Source: Entomortierella parvispora E1425
Lineage: Eukaryota > Fungi > Mortierellomycota
Length of the DNA: 64,000 nt
Direction: 5' to 3'
NCBI GenBank assembly: GCA_020891255.1
Contig: BQFW01000002.1
Coordinates: 1,426,001-1,490,000, forward strand
Program-made: the position numbers and the translations under genes
Part shown: piece by piece, positions 24,590 to 36,900 of the stretch
How positions within the stretch are numbered: position 1 is the stretch's first letter
How the letters are laid out: each line of letters opens with the position of its first letter
The notes under the pieces: generated by a model
Seen by the model: only the letters and a program-made list of their open reading frames with translations
What the model was told of the DNA's origin: nothing
The model's database searches: none

Positions 24590-25746
24590 GAAGCATGGAC
24601 GCAAGTCGCATCTTTCTCTCGTTTCCCCTCTCTCTCGCTCTCTCTCTGTTCATTTCATCTTTCTAGTCTTCGCTTCCTTTCCTGTTTCGTGCCTATCCTG
24701 TTACTCTTCCCTTCCACATTCAATGTACACCAACCAATTGCCCCTCCTATAACACCATCTGCTTGCATATGTATACCTTCTGGCCGTCCTCATTTTTTTT
24801 CATAAAAAAAATTCATCAAGAGAAACTAGTTTTGATAGGCAGGACCTTTATTTTGTGTAAACATTTTCACACGATATGGACAGGGGTTAAAGGGGCCTTA
24901 CGATATGAGGTAGGCTAGCGAGGAGTTGAGTATAAGGAGAAATGAAGGCAATGGCCGCACGCCGGGTGCGAAAACAATCGAAAGCAAAGAAAGAAAAGAA
25001 AGGGGAAAAAAAATGGAAGATAAAAAGATGTAGCAGAAAAAATGGGATAACACCCACCTCCTCCAGCAATGAAAACTGCTCCATCTCCCTTCGCAGCACA
25101 CTCTTTCTCAGTGGTTTCCACCCCCCCCCCCCCCCTCCTTCTTTTGCTTTCCTCTCTTTGAACCTTGATTGCCTTGGCCGGTCATACTTTTCCGCTCGTC
25201 GTCTGGGAGCTCTCTCACACCCTTTTTTTTGGTCAGGCTGTTCCTTGTTTCCGCTCTGGGATTGGAAGTAAGGATGGCGAGGGGGCAGGAGGAGAAATTT
25301 TGTACAGAAAGAAATGGACATATAAAACACAAAGCAAAAAAGAAAAAAGAAAAAAAAAGTCAAGAAAAGGAGCATCGGAAAGGGGTTGTTGTCTGAATTA
25401 GGGAGGAAAGTACCAGGGGTGTGAAGTCAATAGGAGTTTGTGGGTTACCCACCCCACAGGGTCAGTCGCACGCCTGTCCACTGCAGGGTGCGACTCGAAT
25501 ACAAAAAAAGAAACACATCCCATACACTCACGTACCAAGAAGACTGCCTCCGCCATGGGCCCTTTTGTTTTTTCCATCCTTGACCACCAAAAATCACAAA
25601 GGAGGGAAAAAAGAAACAAACAGAAAAAGAAAGATATAAGAAAAAAAAATATCAAATGAACACAATGAAAGAAGGTAGAGTGGGGAGATGATGAGGGTAG
25701 GGGTTGGGCTGATGGGATGAAGTGCGATACCAGTTTCCTTGCTTTC

Positions 25747-26671
25747 TTAGATCATCATTCCCTGCCCCAAGCGGGTGTCGGCTCCGTAGATGCAGGAGCT
25801 CCAGCGCTGATCCCTGTACTTTCGGGCTTCATTCATGGGAACGCGGGCGTATGAGGGGATTTCCATGGACCTGCCATGGATGGGAACATACTCCGTCACA
25901 GGAGCTGTATTCGTGGTTGCCATAGTGTCCATACCATTTTGGTTGTTGTTGGCGAACTGATGCTGTCCTGGAAGTGCTGAGGGAAGAAGACTCGAAGAAT
26001 GATTGGTCATGGGCGAGGAAACAGCAGCGCTGAGCATTGCATTGGCGTTTTGGACCATCATGGGCGACGCCTGAGCTCCATGGTTGAAAGGAGCTCCAGA
26101 ATCGCCGCCAGTCTCCATATCCATGTCCGTATCCACCATGGGGGAGACTGCAACCGAGGACTGCGCAGATTCTGGGGTCTGATAGCCAGTGTTCAAGGCG
26201 AATCCGTGAGCAGATGCAGACGAGTTCATGGCAGTGCGAAGAAGAGGCGAAGGGTTGGATTGAGCTTGAGACCATGCGGACGCTCCATTGGGAGTCTGCG
26301 GAGCTGAAGCGCGACCAAAGGATGAGAACTGGTTGGCACTTCCATTCATGGGGCTGCAAGTACGCTTTCCGTTTGGCTGCAAGTAACAACGAGAGGACAG
26401 GATGAGAGGAAAGTTAGAACCTTCACAATATGCCAAAGAGATCTTTGCAAGATTATTTTTTTGTGTTTACCTGGACCTCTTGAAGAGTTTCATCATCATA
26501 CTCGTTCGAGTCGAGCTTACGCTTGATGGTGCCGACTTCCAGGTTGAGCATGTTACCTGGAGAGCATCAATGGTTAGTGACTGAATCCAGACAATACTAC
26601 GTGAGCAACAGGGACTAGCGAGGTTTCTTACCTGTGCCGTACTCGACATAGCTGGATCGAGAAGGGTTCAT
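25747..26671 (-). CDS. Hypothetical low-complexity (Ser/Asn/Met-rich) protein, 3 exons, about 245 aa
   Basis: MNPSRSSYVEYGT/GNMLNLEVGTIKRKLDSNEYDDETLQEVQ/PNGKRTCSPM... joined by canonical GTAAG/GTAAAC donors; long final exon; possible NLS (KRKL, KRTC). No recognised domain. Confidence 0.6.
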
Positions 26672-27492
26672 GTTTGGGCTGTGATGGTTTAAACAAATGA
26701 CGAGGGAAAGAAGATGGGAGGGTGAGAAGGCAAGAATGAGAGAGCAAAGCAAGATCGGGCTAGTGACCCACGGAGCAGATGAAGGTGTCAAGGTTGCGGC
26801 TTGATTAAGGTTGATTGTTATGATGCGGAGTGTTTCCCTTTTTTTTTTTTTTTTTTTTTTGGCTGTTCTTTGTCGCCCTTTTGGTTCTCCCGAAACACAC
26901 AGCAAATCGAAATACTGCACTCAGGAAACAGATCAAGATGAGAACGAGAACAAAAGAAGAAAAAAAGGGACACTCAGAAAACAATACGAGACCAGTTCGT
27001 AGTACACTGTTTGGGGTCTGTGTAGGGAACGCGAAATAAAAGAGGTCCATGCACTCGAGAGCCTGCATAAGGAGGTCGCAGGGAAAGATAAACCCCAGGC
27101 GGGAGAGGGGAGGAACACCAAGTCGCCTCTCCTTTCTTTTTTTTTTTTTTTTTTTGTCCTCTTTCTTCCTGATTCCTTGCTCGGGCCTGGGCCGAAGGTA
27201 CCCTCTGTGGATTAGACAGATATGGGGGATAGGGAGAGAAAAAAAGAGCCACTTACAAGCAAGAGGAAATGAGAGGCGGACGGTTTGTCTGGTGGCGGAC
27301 GGAATTCAGAAACAGACGAAGCGAATGCGTGTGCTTCGAGTTTTGTGGTTTGGGCGAAGTCGGGTTTGAGAAAAGCGGAAAATAGGAGAATAGATCGAGT
27401 GATCAAGCGGCAGAGAGGGTTCTTCTGTGTATATGTGCGAAAGGGTAGCGTTTGAGTGTATGTTTTGGTTGATGAGAGACGTTAGGCAAGAC

Positions 27493-27537
27493 TGTGTATG
27501 TGTGTGAGAGAGTGTTTGTGTGCGTGTGTGCGTGTGC

Positions 27538-27580
<43 letters not shown>

Positions 27581-27633
27581 TGAGTGTGTGTGTGTGTGAG
27601 TGAGTGTGTGTGTGTGTGAGTGTGTGTGTGTGA

Positions 27634-27657
<24 letters not shown>
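27493..27657. repeat. Long (GT)n/(CA)n microsatellite (about 165 bp) with GAGT/GCGT interruptions
   Basis: Directly visible. Confidence 0.97.
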
Positions 27658-27666
<9 letters not shown>

Positions 27667-28358
27667 CGGTAGACAGGGATTGATTTCAACAACGGAAAAA
27701 GGGAGGAGGTGGCACGGTCGAAGCAATTGAGCAATTGGGCAAGGTGGGACGGGTGGTCTGAGGGGGGGAAGAAGTGGAAGAGGAGAGAGAGAAAGGAGCA
27801 GAGAAGAGCGAAAGAGAGATATCGCTTCCTTTCGCATCACGGGACCAAAACTTTGCCTGGGACTGCTCCCCACTCTTTGGTCGGGGAACTCGACTCCACT
27901 CAGAAACGGAGCGACGAGGCTTGCCCCACTGCCTGTCCACACCATTGGCCTAATCGGCCTATATATATCTCGCAGTTGAAGGAATATGGCAAGACCCCGA
28001 GATGGTATGCATGAGGGTTATGAGCACAATGAACGCAACACGCAAGCACCCCCATTTGTTTAGCTGTCGTCTGACGTCTGCTGTATTGCATTCATATCAG
28101 CGACCACTATAGCGACTACTGTATCCTACTTCAACGTATTTACAATCCAATAATTGGACAGAAGAACTCATGGTGACAATACGCTGCGGAGAAGTCTTTC
28201 CGAGAGACAGCAGCGAGACTTGGTGGCGGGTTTGCGGCACGGTCTTCAATCAATCGATCCGCCACCAAAAGTGCCTCAGTCTGTCTTAAGGGTTTGTCAA
28301 GCCAAAGTCAAGATGGGACAAGGAATGCGTGTTTCCCACTCCTCTCGATGTACTTACC

Positions 28359-29769
28359 ATGAACCAGGACTCACCGAAAGATACCTCTGCGCCTTCTGGA
28401 ACGAGGATTTTCAAGCTACCATCTAAGGAAGAGCTGGAAGAGCGGAGGAGACTCCTGGAAGAGTCCAGCAAACCACCATTACTCTTCAAGCCCACAGGCA
28501 TTGTCGCCAACAATCCCAATCGGACAGGAAACGCCACCAATTTGTTGAACTCAACTGCAACAGCGCATGGGACCATGCCGACTGAATCGGCGACGACAAT
28601 GGCGGTGCCATCATTTATGAGCTCTCGGCTCCATTTGATACCGCAACAACAACACCAAAAAGGTGCTCAAGTCGGAGATTCACCTGGGAGAGACACGCCT
28701 TTGTCCGTATCTGACGACGAGTTTGGTTTCGGCGACCTGGATGAAGCAATTCTGGACGACGACTTATTCGATATGGACGATGCTGCATCATCCAAGTCGT
28801 CGCCTTCAGTTGTTTCCTCATCTGCGACCCCTGTTTCTGTTACATCTGATAGTGCCACGGCAGCTCTGGTTGCACCGCCAACATTCGTACCTAAATCCAA
28901 AAGTACAATCGTGGTGAAGTCCTCTCAACGTGGGAATCCTCTCTTGCCGTTCATTCGGAACGTGCCGTATGAATTTGGAGATATTGCTCCTGACTATGTT
29001 GTGGGCCTCACTTCTTGCATCCTTTTCTTGAGGTAAGACAGTGCTAATGGACGACACATGTGTTTCTTTTGAGAAGGTTGCACTAACAACAGTGCTTTCA
29101 AAATAGTATCCGATACCATCGACTGCATCCAGAATATATCTTTAATCGATTGGCAGCCCTTGGCAAATCCTTTGTTCTGCGTATTATCTTGATTCTTGTG
29201 GACGTCGTAAGTGCAACTGTTTACCTGACACGCTCGTCGTCGTCTACAGAGGGAGCGCGACTGACTCTTCCCTTTGAACTCTCAATATCACTAGGACACT
29301 CACCAACAAGCAATCCGGGAGCTAACAAGGGTTTCTCTTGTGAACGACTTTACTATTGTTTGTGCTTGGAGTAGTGAGGAGGCAGCTCGATATATCGAAA
29401 CGTTCAAGGCTTACGAAAACAAGGCCCCGGATGCCATCAAAGAGCGAGTAGAAAATGATTATCTCTCAAAGTTGACGGACTGCTTGACTCAAGTTCAGTC
29501 TATAAACAAGACCGACGTGGTGACCTTATCTTCGACTTTTGGGGTAGGTTCTGTTGAGTCCATGCGCTAATCTGATGGAAGACATCATCGAGCTAATCTA
29601 ACTCTATGTTCTTCGTCTCTAGTCGTTCAAGAATATTATGAATGCCACCACGGAGGAGTTGGGCCTACTGCCTGGCTTTGGAGAACGAAAAGTGAAACGG
29701 CTGCAGGATGCTTTTGATCAGCCATTTGCAATTGATCCCAAGAAGAGACGGCATCGGCGTCCAGCATAA
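28359..29769 (+). CDS. ERCC1: DNA excision repair protein ERCC1/Rad10/Swi10, multi-exon
   Basis: [79 protein letters not shown], HhH motif [13 protein letters not shown]. Confidence 0.96.
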
Positions 29770-30922
29770 CAGAAAGAATCATGAAAAAACTACAGTATCT
29801 ATAATACAGCGATTATACCATTTGTCAATGCTGTGCGATGGTATGACAACAAGAAGCAGTAATTCTATGTTTCGGAGCAATGCGAAGGGAGGAAGCTGAC
29901 AAAGATCAGGCTCGATGACGATGGGCAAAAGGGGAACTCTTCCTCTTCTCTCTCCTCCACATGCGTCCAACATCTTACGCAGACAGGCGCCGCGCCAGCG
30001 AAGAAAACCTTCTGATGCACGAACACGCGACGCCCTTGCTGACTCTTGAGAACCAGACTCTCACTAATTATAATTTTTTCTTTCATTTTCCAACAACGTT
30101 GGGCTCAGAAGACAAAGGGACAAAGACAAAAGAGATGGAGAACTAACAGAGAGGACAGAGAGAGAGCCGTGTCCCTCTTCATTTTCGGCCATGGTCACAC
30201 AGATGGAAGCGTGCATGCCGTGGGTTGTTGGTGTCGATTGAATCAAAAGGCACAGGGTCTCTTGTTTGCTCCAACTGCTCCCCCCATCTTTCATCTCTTT
30301 TCTCTCTTTTCTTTCTCTTTTCACTTTGTGCTGCTCCCTTCCCTTCGTCCACCCCCCCGTGCTTTCACCCACCCCATCGACCACTATCCGCACCTCTTGC
30401 GTATTCTATTTGGCCATCAAACGCCCTCGATTGTTTCTCTAACACCACCTCCTTCCTCACTTCGCTTCTCTTTTCTTCTCTTACTCCCAAATATTTTATC
30501 CTCCCCCTCCTTGCCCCTTGGAACATTCACTCTCCAGGAGAGACAGGCAAGTATCCCAAGCTCCTCATCGCCCACTCCCTCCTGCCGCTGTGAAATGCTC
30601 AATCGAACATTGACATCCGCTACTCTGACTCTCTCGCAGCTGCTCATCCATCTCTTCGCCCTCTACATGACAACACCCACCCCCCCTCCTCTCTCCGTCT
30701 CTTTCATTGCACTTACCCCCAGTTTCTGCTTCTATCTGTCCGCCTGTCGGTCATAATACAATACAGCACAGCATTCATCAATTGCACGCGAACAAGAGCG
30801 TTGTGTACTTTGCAGCCCTACCTCGGCACTCTCCTCGACTCCAAACGCGCACACACGCGCGCGCATATCATTTGACAACTCACACGCACCTCACAGGAAA
30901 CTAGAAGGAGAGCCTCATCATC

Positions 30923-33900
30923 ATGTCCTGGATCCTCAAGAGCAGACGGATCCAGTCCGGCCTTGGAGCCACCGGGACCGGCAACGGCAACAACACCAGC
31001 ATAGGCACCGGGAACAGTATTTATAGTCAAGGCAGCGGCAACCTCAGCAGCAGCAGTCTTAGCTCCTCCAGCATGGGTCATGGCAGCAGTAACAACCTCA
31101 GCAGCGTCTCGTTGACCTTAAATACCTCGACCGTCTCTGGCTACGCGCCAGGCGACTCTCCGCACTCCTCTCAGCAGCAACAGCAGCACCATATCGACGC
31201 GGGCGAAGACATGGTCCGACAGTTTGCTGCATCCCAGCTCGACACTCAAAAGACTGCATTCATGCGCTGGGTAAACGTTCAACTCTTAAACATTACACCG
31301 GGCTATGCGCCCATGACCTCGATCGAACGCGACCTTCGGGATGGCAAGCGACTGATTGCATTGCTGGAGGTCATGTCCAAAGAACCACTAAAGCCCGAGA
31401 AGGGCAATATGCGTATTCACCAGATGGCCAACGTCAACAAAGCCCTGACGTTCCTCAAGTCAAGGACGGACGAATCCCTGGGCTCTATCGGAAATGAAGC
31501 CATTGTGGACGGAAACCTGAAGCTGACGCTGGGCCTGGTCTGGATCATCATTTATCGTTTTCAAATCCAGCAGATTGCCAACACCATGGCTGAACAGTAT
31601 CGCATTTTGGGCGAGGACGTTGTGGTAAGCTAGGAACAACAGGGCTTTCGAGAGAGAGGACGGGGGAGGGGAGGGGAGAGGGGGAGGGGGATCATTTGTC
31701 ACCACACCTCCATCTTGTTTTTGCTGGATGAATTGACGGACAGCAACAACATCAACATCAACAAGGGCAACAACACCAGGAGATGGATACTCAGGTGGTT
31801 GCATGACCCCAAGTTGAAAGGAGCACAACACACCATCTATTGTCCCTGAGCTGTGATTTCGGTGTTGTTTTTGGCATGTGCGACACCTTTTTGTGCGCCG
31901 AGAAACGGGAACGGATGGAATATGAAAAAATAGAAAATAGATTAGGTGATAGACCAAGGGCTTTGTACTATCCCCCTCTGGTCTGGCCCGTTGGGCAAGG
32001 GGTTTTGTGTATGGGTTATATTTCCATGCTGCAGCATGTGCAAACCCTCCCTCCCTGTGTTCCGCCTGCTTGTGATTACTTGTTCGTGTTTGCGCATCAT
32101 CCCGCTGGCAAACTTGCGCGGTGTTGTTGGGTTGCTTGAGGCAAATGGTCCGTCCGTTGCACTAAGAAACAGAAAGACACACTACGAGAGATGAGGGCCA
32201 CAACGGGAAAACCACATGCAAACTGTCGCAATGACCAGCCAGCCCTTTCATACTCCTCTTTATTCTTTTTACTGCCGGGATAGACAGACAGTGGGTCTGT
32301 GCCTTTTGTATGAAAAACAAACTGTTTCCAACCCGCTAACCCGATGATGTCTTTTTTTGTGAAAATAGGACGGGGAAGAAAGCGCGACCGGCGGGAAAGG
32401 CAAGAAGAAAGCTTCGTCACAGCAGGTCGATGCGAAGCAGGCTCTCCTACGATGGGTGCGATACCAACTAGAGGACTATTCAGATGTGATACCGCCCATT
32501 CAGGATTTTCACCGTTCATGGAGAACAGGACTCGCCTTTGCCGCCCTCATTCATCGTCACGACCCCGAGTTCCTACCCGAGTTTTACTCATCCGTCTTGA
32601 CGTTGCCCTTTGAGACCATCGACGAATGGCGCAGGACACTTATGTTGGCCTTTGATGTTGCTACATCCAAAATGATGATTCCTCGCCTGCTTGACCCAGA
32701 AGATCTCGTTGACGTCGAAACACCGGATGAACGGTCCATCATGATTTTCATCTCCGAATATTACCTCGTCATGTCCAAACACCAAAGAGAGCAGGATCCA
32801 GAACATGCTGCTGCGATGCGAAAACTGCGTCTACAAGCCAAGGATGAGCGCCTTGCCCTCGCTGGCGAAGATGAACAAGCGCGCCGTCGTCGACTCCAGG
32901 AAGAACAAGAACGCAAAAAACGGGAGGAGCAAGAAGAACTGGAACGCATCCGACTTAAGCGAATGGAGATTGAAGGCTGGTCCCTCCGCGCAGCTGAGCG
33001 AGCTCGAGAAGAAGAAGAGGCCCTCCGGAAACGACGCGAAGAAGAAGAGGAGAGACGCCTCCAACGAAGATTGAGACGTGAGCAGCGTGAACGTGATCGA
33101 GCATTGCTGGATTCCTCATCGTCAAGGCGTCGTCCTGTCTCGCAAAGCGCGCTGGGCTCTTCGTCCGTGGGGTCTTTGTTCTCGGAATCAGAGAATGAAT
33201 ACTCTGACTCTGACACTGAACCCATGGATTCTATGGATCCCAAGGACATTGAGCAGCGTCAAGCAGACTTGGATGAAAAGCTTGCAGAATACAGCCAGGG
33301 CATTGCCGAACTGTCGCAATGGATCCGAGAACAGGAAGCGCTCTTCCCACGAACACCGGATACCAGCTCTAATTTGGACCGCGCCCGTGATTTGGAACCA
33401 TTGACCGAATTCTTGAAAGTGATCGAGGAAGCTCAGGCAGTCAAGGAAAACGAAATGTCACATCTGCACGATGTCCGCGAGGAATTGTTGGAGTACGAAG
33501 GCCCCGACATGGCGCCTGAACAAGTCAGCGATTTGGACAAAAAGTGGTGGGAAGTAGAGACAATATGGACCACTCTGTCGAACAAGGTGGTCGAAGCCAA
33601 GGATACTGCTGAAGAAATCAAGTGGATCCTGGATTGCTCACAGGAGATTGACCGTGTCAATGGCGAAATTCTCAAGTTCGAGACTCAACTTCAGGCTGCG
33701 GAAGAAAAACGATTGAGCGATACGCCTCAAGAGCGCTCCAAACAGACGGTACTAGAGCATCAGGACATGAATCTGTCGTCGATCAGCTTCTTGCTTCAGA
33801 CCTATGTGGACTTTTTGACGTCACTGATGGACCCCAAAGTACACCACTACACAGCACCAGAACACTTGACTGCACTCAACAGCGAGCTCACTACAGTCCG

Positions 33901-36900
33901 ACTTCCTCATCTGGGAGAATTTATCGACAAAGCCAGACAGAACCTTTCGAACGATCGTCTCCTTCGTTCGTTCTTGGAGGCCTTTTATTTGTCTGAGGCC
34001 TGGATTGGCGAAAGTGTTGAATGGCTCGCCAACATTGAAGTACCCGTCTTTGTCTCCAGGGATGAGTGGCACGGTGGACAAACTGTCCAGGAGTATCTGT
34101 CGCGGGACACCTCCAAGGACACTGATCTTGAATTCTTTCATGGTGAAATTGAGGAACTCCGAAACGAACTGACGGAGGAGCAAGGCGAAGTCAACACATT
34201 CCGGTCCAGCGGTTTTGCAAAATTGAACGAACAAGCAGAGGGCGTCATGAAGAGTCTTGTGGATACGAACGATGCCACCACAGAGGCTACTGTCAAGGTC
34301 GTTCAGGGCCTGATGCAGGGTGTTATGGACAATCTGGTAAAGGTGGAAAAACTCCTCCCAACAGAAGCAGTTCATTGCGGCTTTGCAAAGCGGGTACTCT
34401 ACTATCTCTGGAATGCTGATGCGATCCTTGAGGAAATCGAGAACACTTCAACCGCCATCAATGACTGGGAAATGAGTCAGCCGGATGAGGATGTCGAGTC
34501 TGGTGTCGTCACAGCAGAGACGTTGCTCGCTGAAGAAGATGCCTCCTTGGAGTCGGACCCCAAGGAGCCCAAGGTCTACGATGTTGTTCGAGTACGCCAT
34601 ATTGGATTGAAGGCCTTGGTCCAAAATCTGCGGGTTTGCTTCGAGGAGAAGCAAGAGGCAATCCACGGAGATCGACAGATGAGGGACTTTCTCGAGTTCA
34701 CTCTGGCCTGCGAAGCGACTCTGAATGCGATCAAGGACAAGCTTCAAAATGGACCGGTTTTCGAAGGATTTGGCCAGGAAGACTCTGCTCAACTGGACGA
34801 CTTCCTTCGAGTGGTTGCTAGTGCGAGCGAAAACTTTGACAACTTCGAACGAGGCGTGCATGTGCGCTACATGGAGACGGCCTCTGCTGTCACCGCAATG
34901 GCGGTCAATTCTGGCGCCAGACAGGACCCAGCCACTGTTCAGAGGAAGCTGCAGGGTGTCAACACGCTCGTGGATTCAGTCAAATGTCTGAAAGCGGACC
35001 GCGAGCGAGATGTTGCTATCGTGGCAGAATGCAGACGTCTGGTGGCGACTCTTTCCACTTTGCGCGACGACCTCAATACTGTGGACAACGAACTCAAGGA
35101 GCTGGAGCACTTAGAGCCGCATCAGCAAGGGCACCTCAGCGAGCTGGAGGAGCGCTCCAATAAGCTCTCGAGTCAGTTTGCAGTCCTAGAGCAAGGTCGT
35201 CACTTTGATTATTTGGAGCAGGATCCGACTTGCTCAGCTTTGCTCCGATCTATTCGGGATGGCCAAAAGGCAATTCAGGAAACACAGACGCGACTCCAGG
35301 CGAAATTGGATGTCAAGCAGCAGTGGGATCTGGCCTGGGCCACCTTCTCGGAGCGAGCTTCGACCCTCCAACAATATCTCGAGGATACTGAAAAGCAAGC
35401 CCAGGACCGAGGAATTGCAGCTACAGACGCTCTCTCTCAACAAGACGACATCTGGCGCAAGTCAGAAGAAGCGATGCAGGACGTCGCCTTTGCCAACACG
35501 GACATGCTGTCTGGTCTTGACGAGTTTAAAGGGGCAAGGACTGCTGAACTTGTCAAGCTCTCGGTCGCTTTGTACGAGGTTGTGAAGCGTACAGGCGGTC
35601 AAGAACATATGGACAGCGTCCGCGCGGAGCAATACATTCGTTCTCAACAACTTCAAAAGGACATGGAGAACCACCTGGAGCGACTTTATGCAATGAACTC
35701 TAGAGAAAAGACCCAGCTCGACCTCCTTCGTCAGCGTCACTTGTGGTCGCAACAACTTGCAGATTCTCATGCAGATGTTGAAGTATTGTCAAACTCGTTC
35801 TCAGGTAAATCAACTCTTGTAAATTTGCCACAGGTCTACTTTTCACCATGTCGTCGTCGTTCTAGCCTTTCTAACTGTGTATTTTATCCGCTTGCCCTTT
35901 AATCATCTTCAGAAACCTTGACCGAATACACCCAGACCCTAAGCCGATGCAAAGAATCGGATGACACCTCAGGTACGTCCTAATGGCTTCTATCAGCACC
36001 TTATATAAATGGATCTCTTGGTGAGCTAACGTTAGAATTGTCTTTGGTGGTAGGCCTCAACCATGCAATCGCAGGCGAGTGGATTCGACAATTCGATTAC
36101 CTGAAGGGTCTTGCTACGACAAAGAAGGATTCTGGGTTGAAGTTTGTAATGAGTGCTTTCTCTGTGCTAACTCAAATGATTGACAGCGCAGCCCAAAAGG
36201 AAGATGGTGCCAACACCTTAGATGTTCAGCACTTGCACGATCAGGCTCAAGATCTCAATAGCCGATTCCATCAACTTGACGAAAGACTGGACTATGGTGC
36301 CCGAGTCGCTGTTCACACCGACGAAGTTGCATCCTACCTCCTCAAAGCAAATAACGTGGACAACTCACTTGCGGGACTGGCCGTTGTGCTGAAGTCTGAA
36401 AACGAGGCTTCAGCAGAGACGCTCCAAAAGCTTGCGCATGTCCGAGAGGAAGTTCAGGAACTGGAAAAGGACCTTTTGACCACAGTTTCGAACGAACCTG
36501 AGCTGGAGGGATTATCAAGTCGTGATCAGTCGCAACTTTCGATGATTCTGCACAAGAGACAGGAGCAAACCAACGCGCTTGACAAGGCTCTGGATCCTCT
36601 TTTGATCGAGTTCCAGCGACTGTTCAATTACCAGGACGGACTGAGAAATCTGGAGGGCGAACTCAGCCCCTTCATCGAATGGACGTCAGAATCTAGTTCC
36701 AAGATCGATACCATCAGCAAGAAAGTTCTGTCCGTGTTCTCATCTTGGTTGGATGCAAATGCTGAACAACCCGATGAGGAAGTTCAACGGAGCACTTCGG
36801 CCCTAAAGGATTTGCTCCTTCAACTCGAATCGCTACGATCTGATCTCAAGGACCAGACCGCATTCATTGAAAACAAGAAACATGACTACCAGTCTGTGAG

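Noticed and set aside
25464-25495. Iron-responsive-element-like hairpin (CAGUGG loop on the minus strand)
   Set aside because: The register is wrong: no 5-bp upper stem with a 5' C bulge around a 6-nt loop. IRE/IRP regulation is also not established in fungi.
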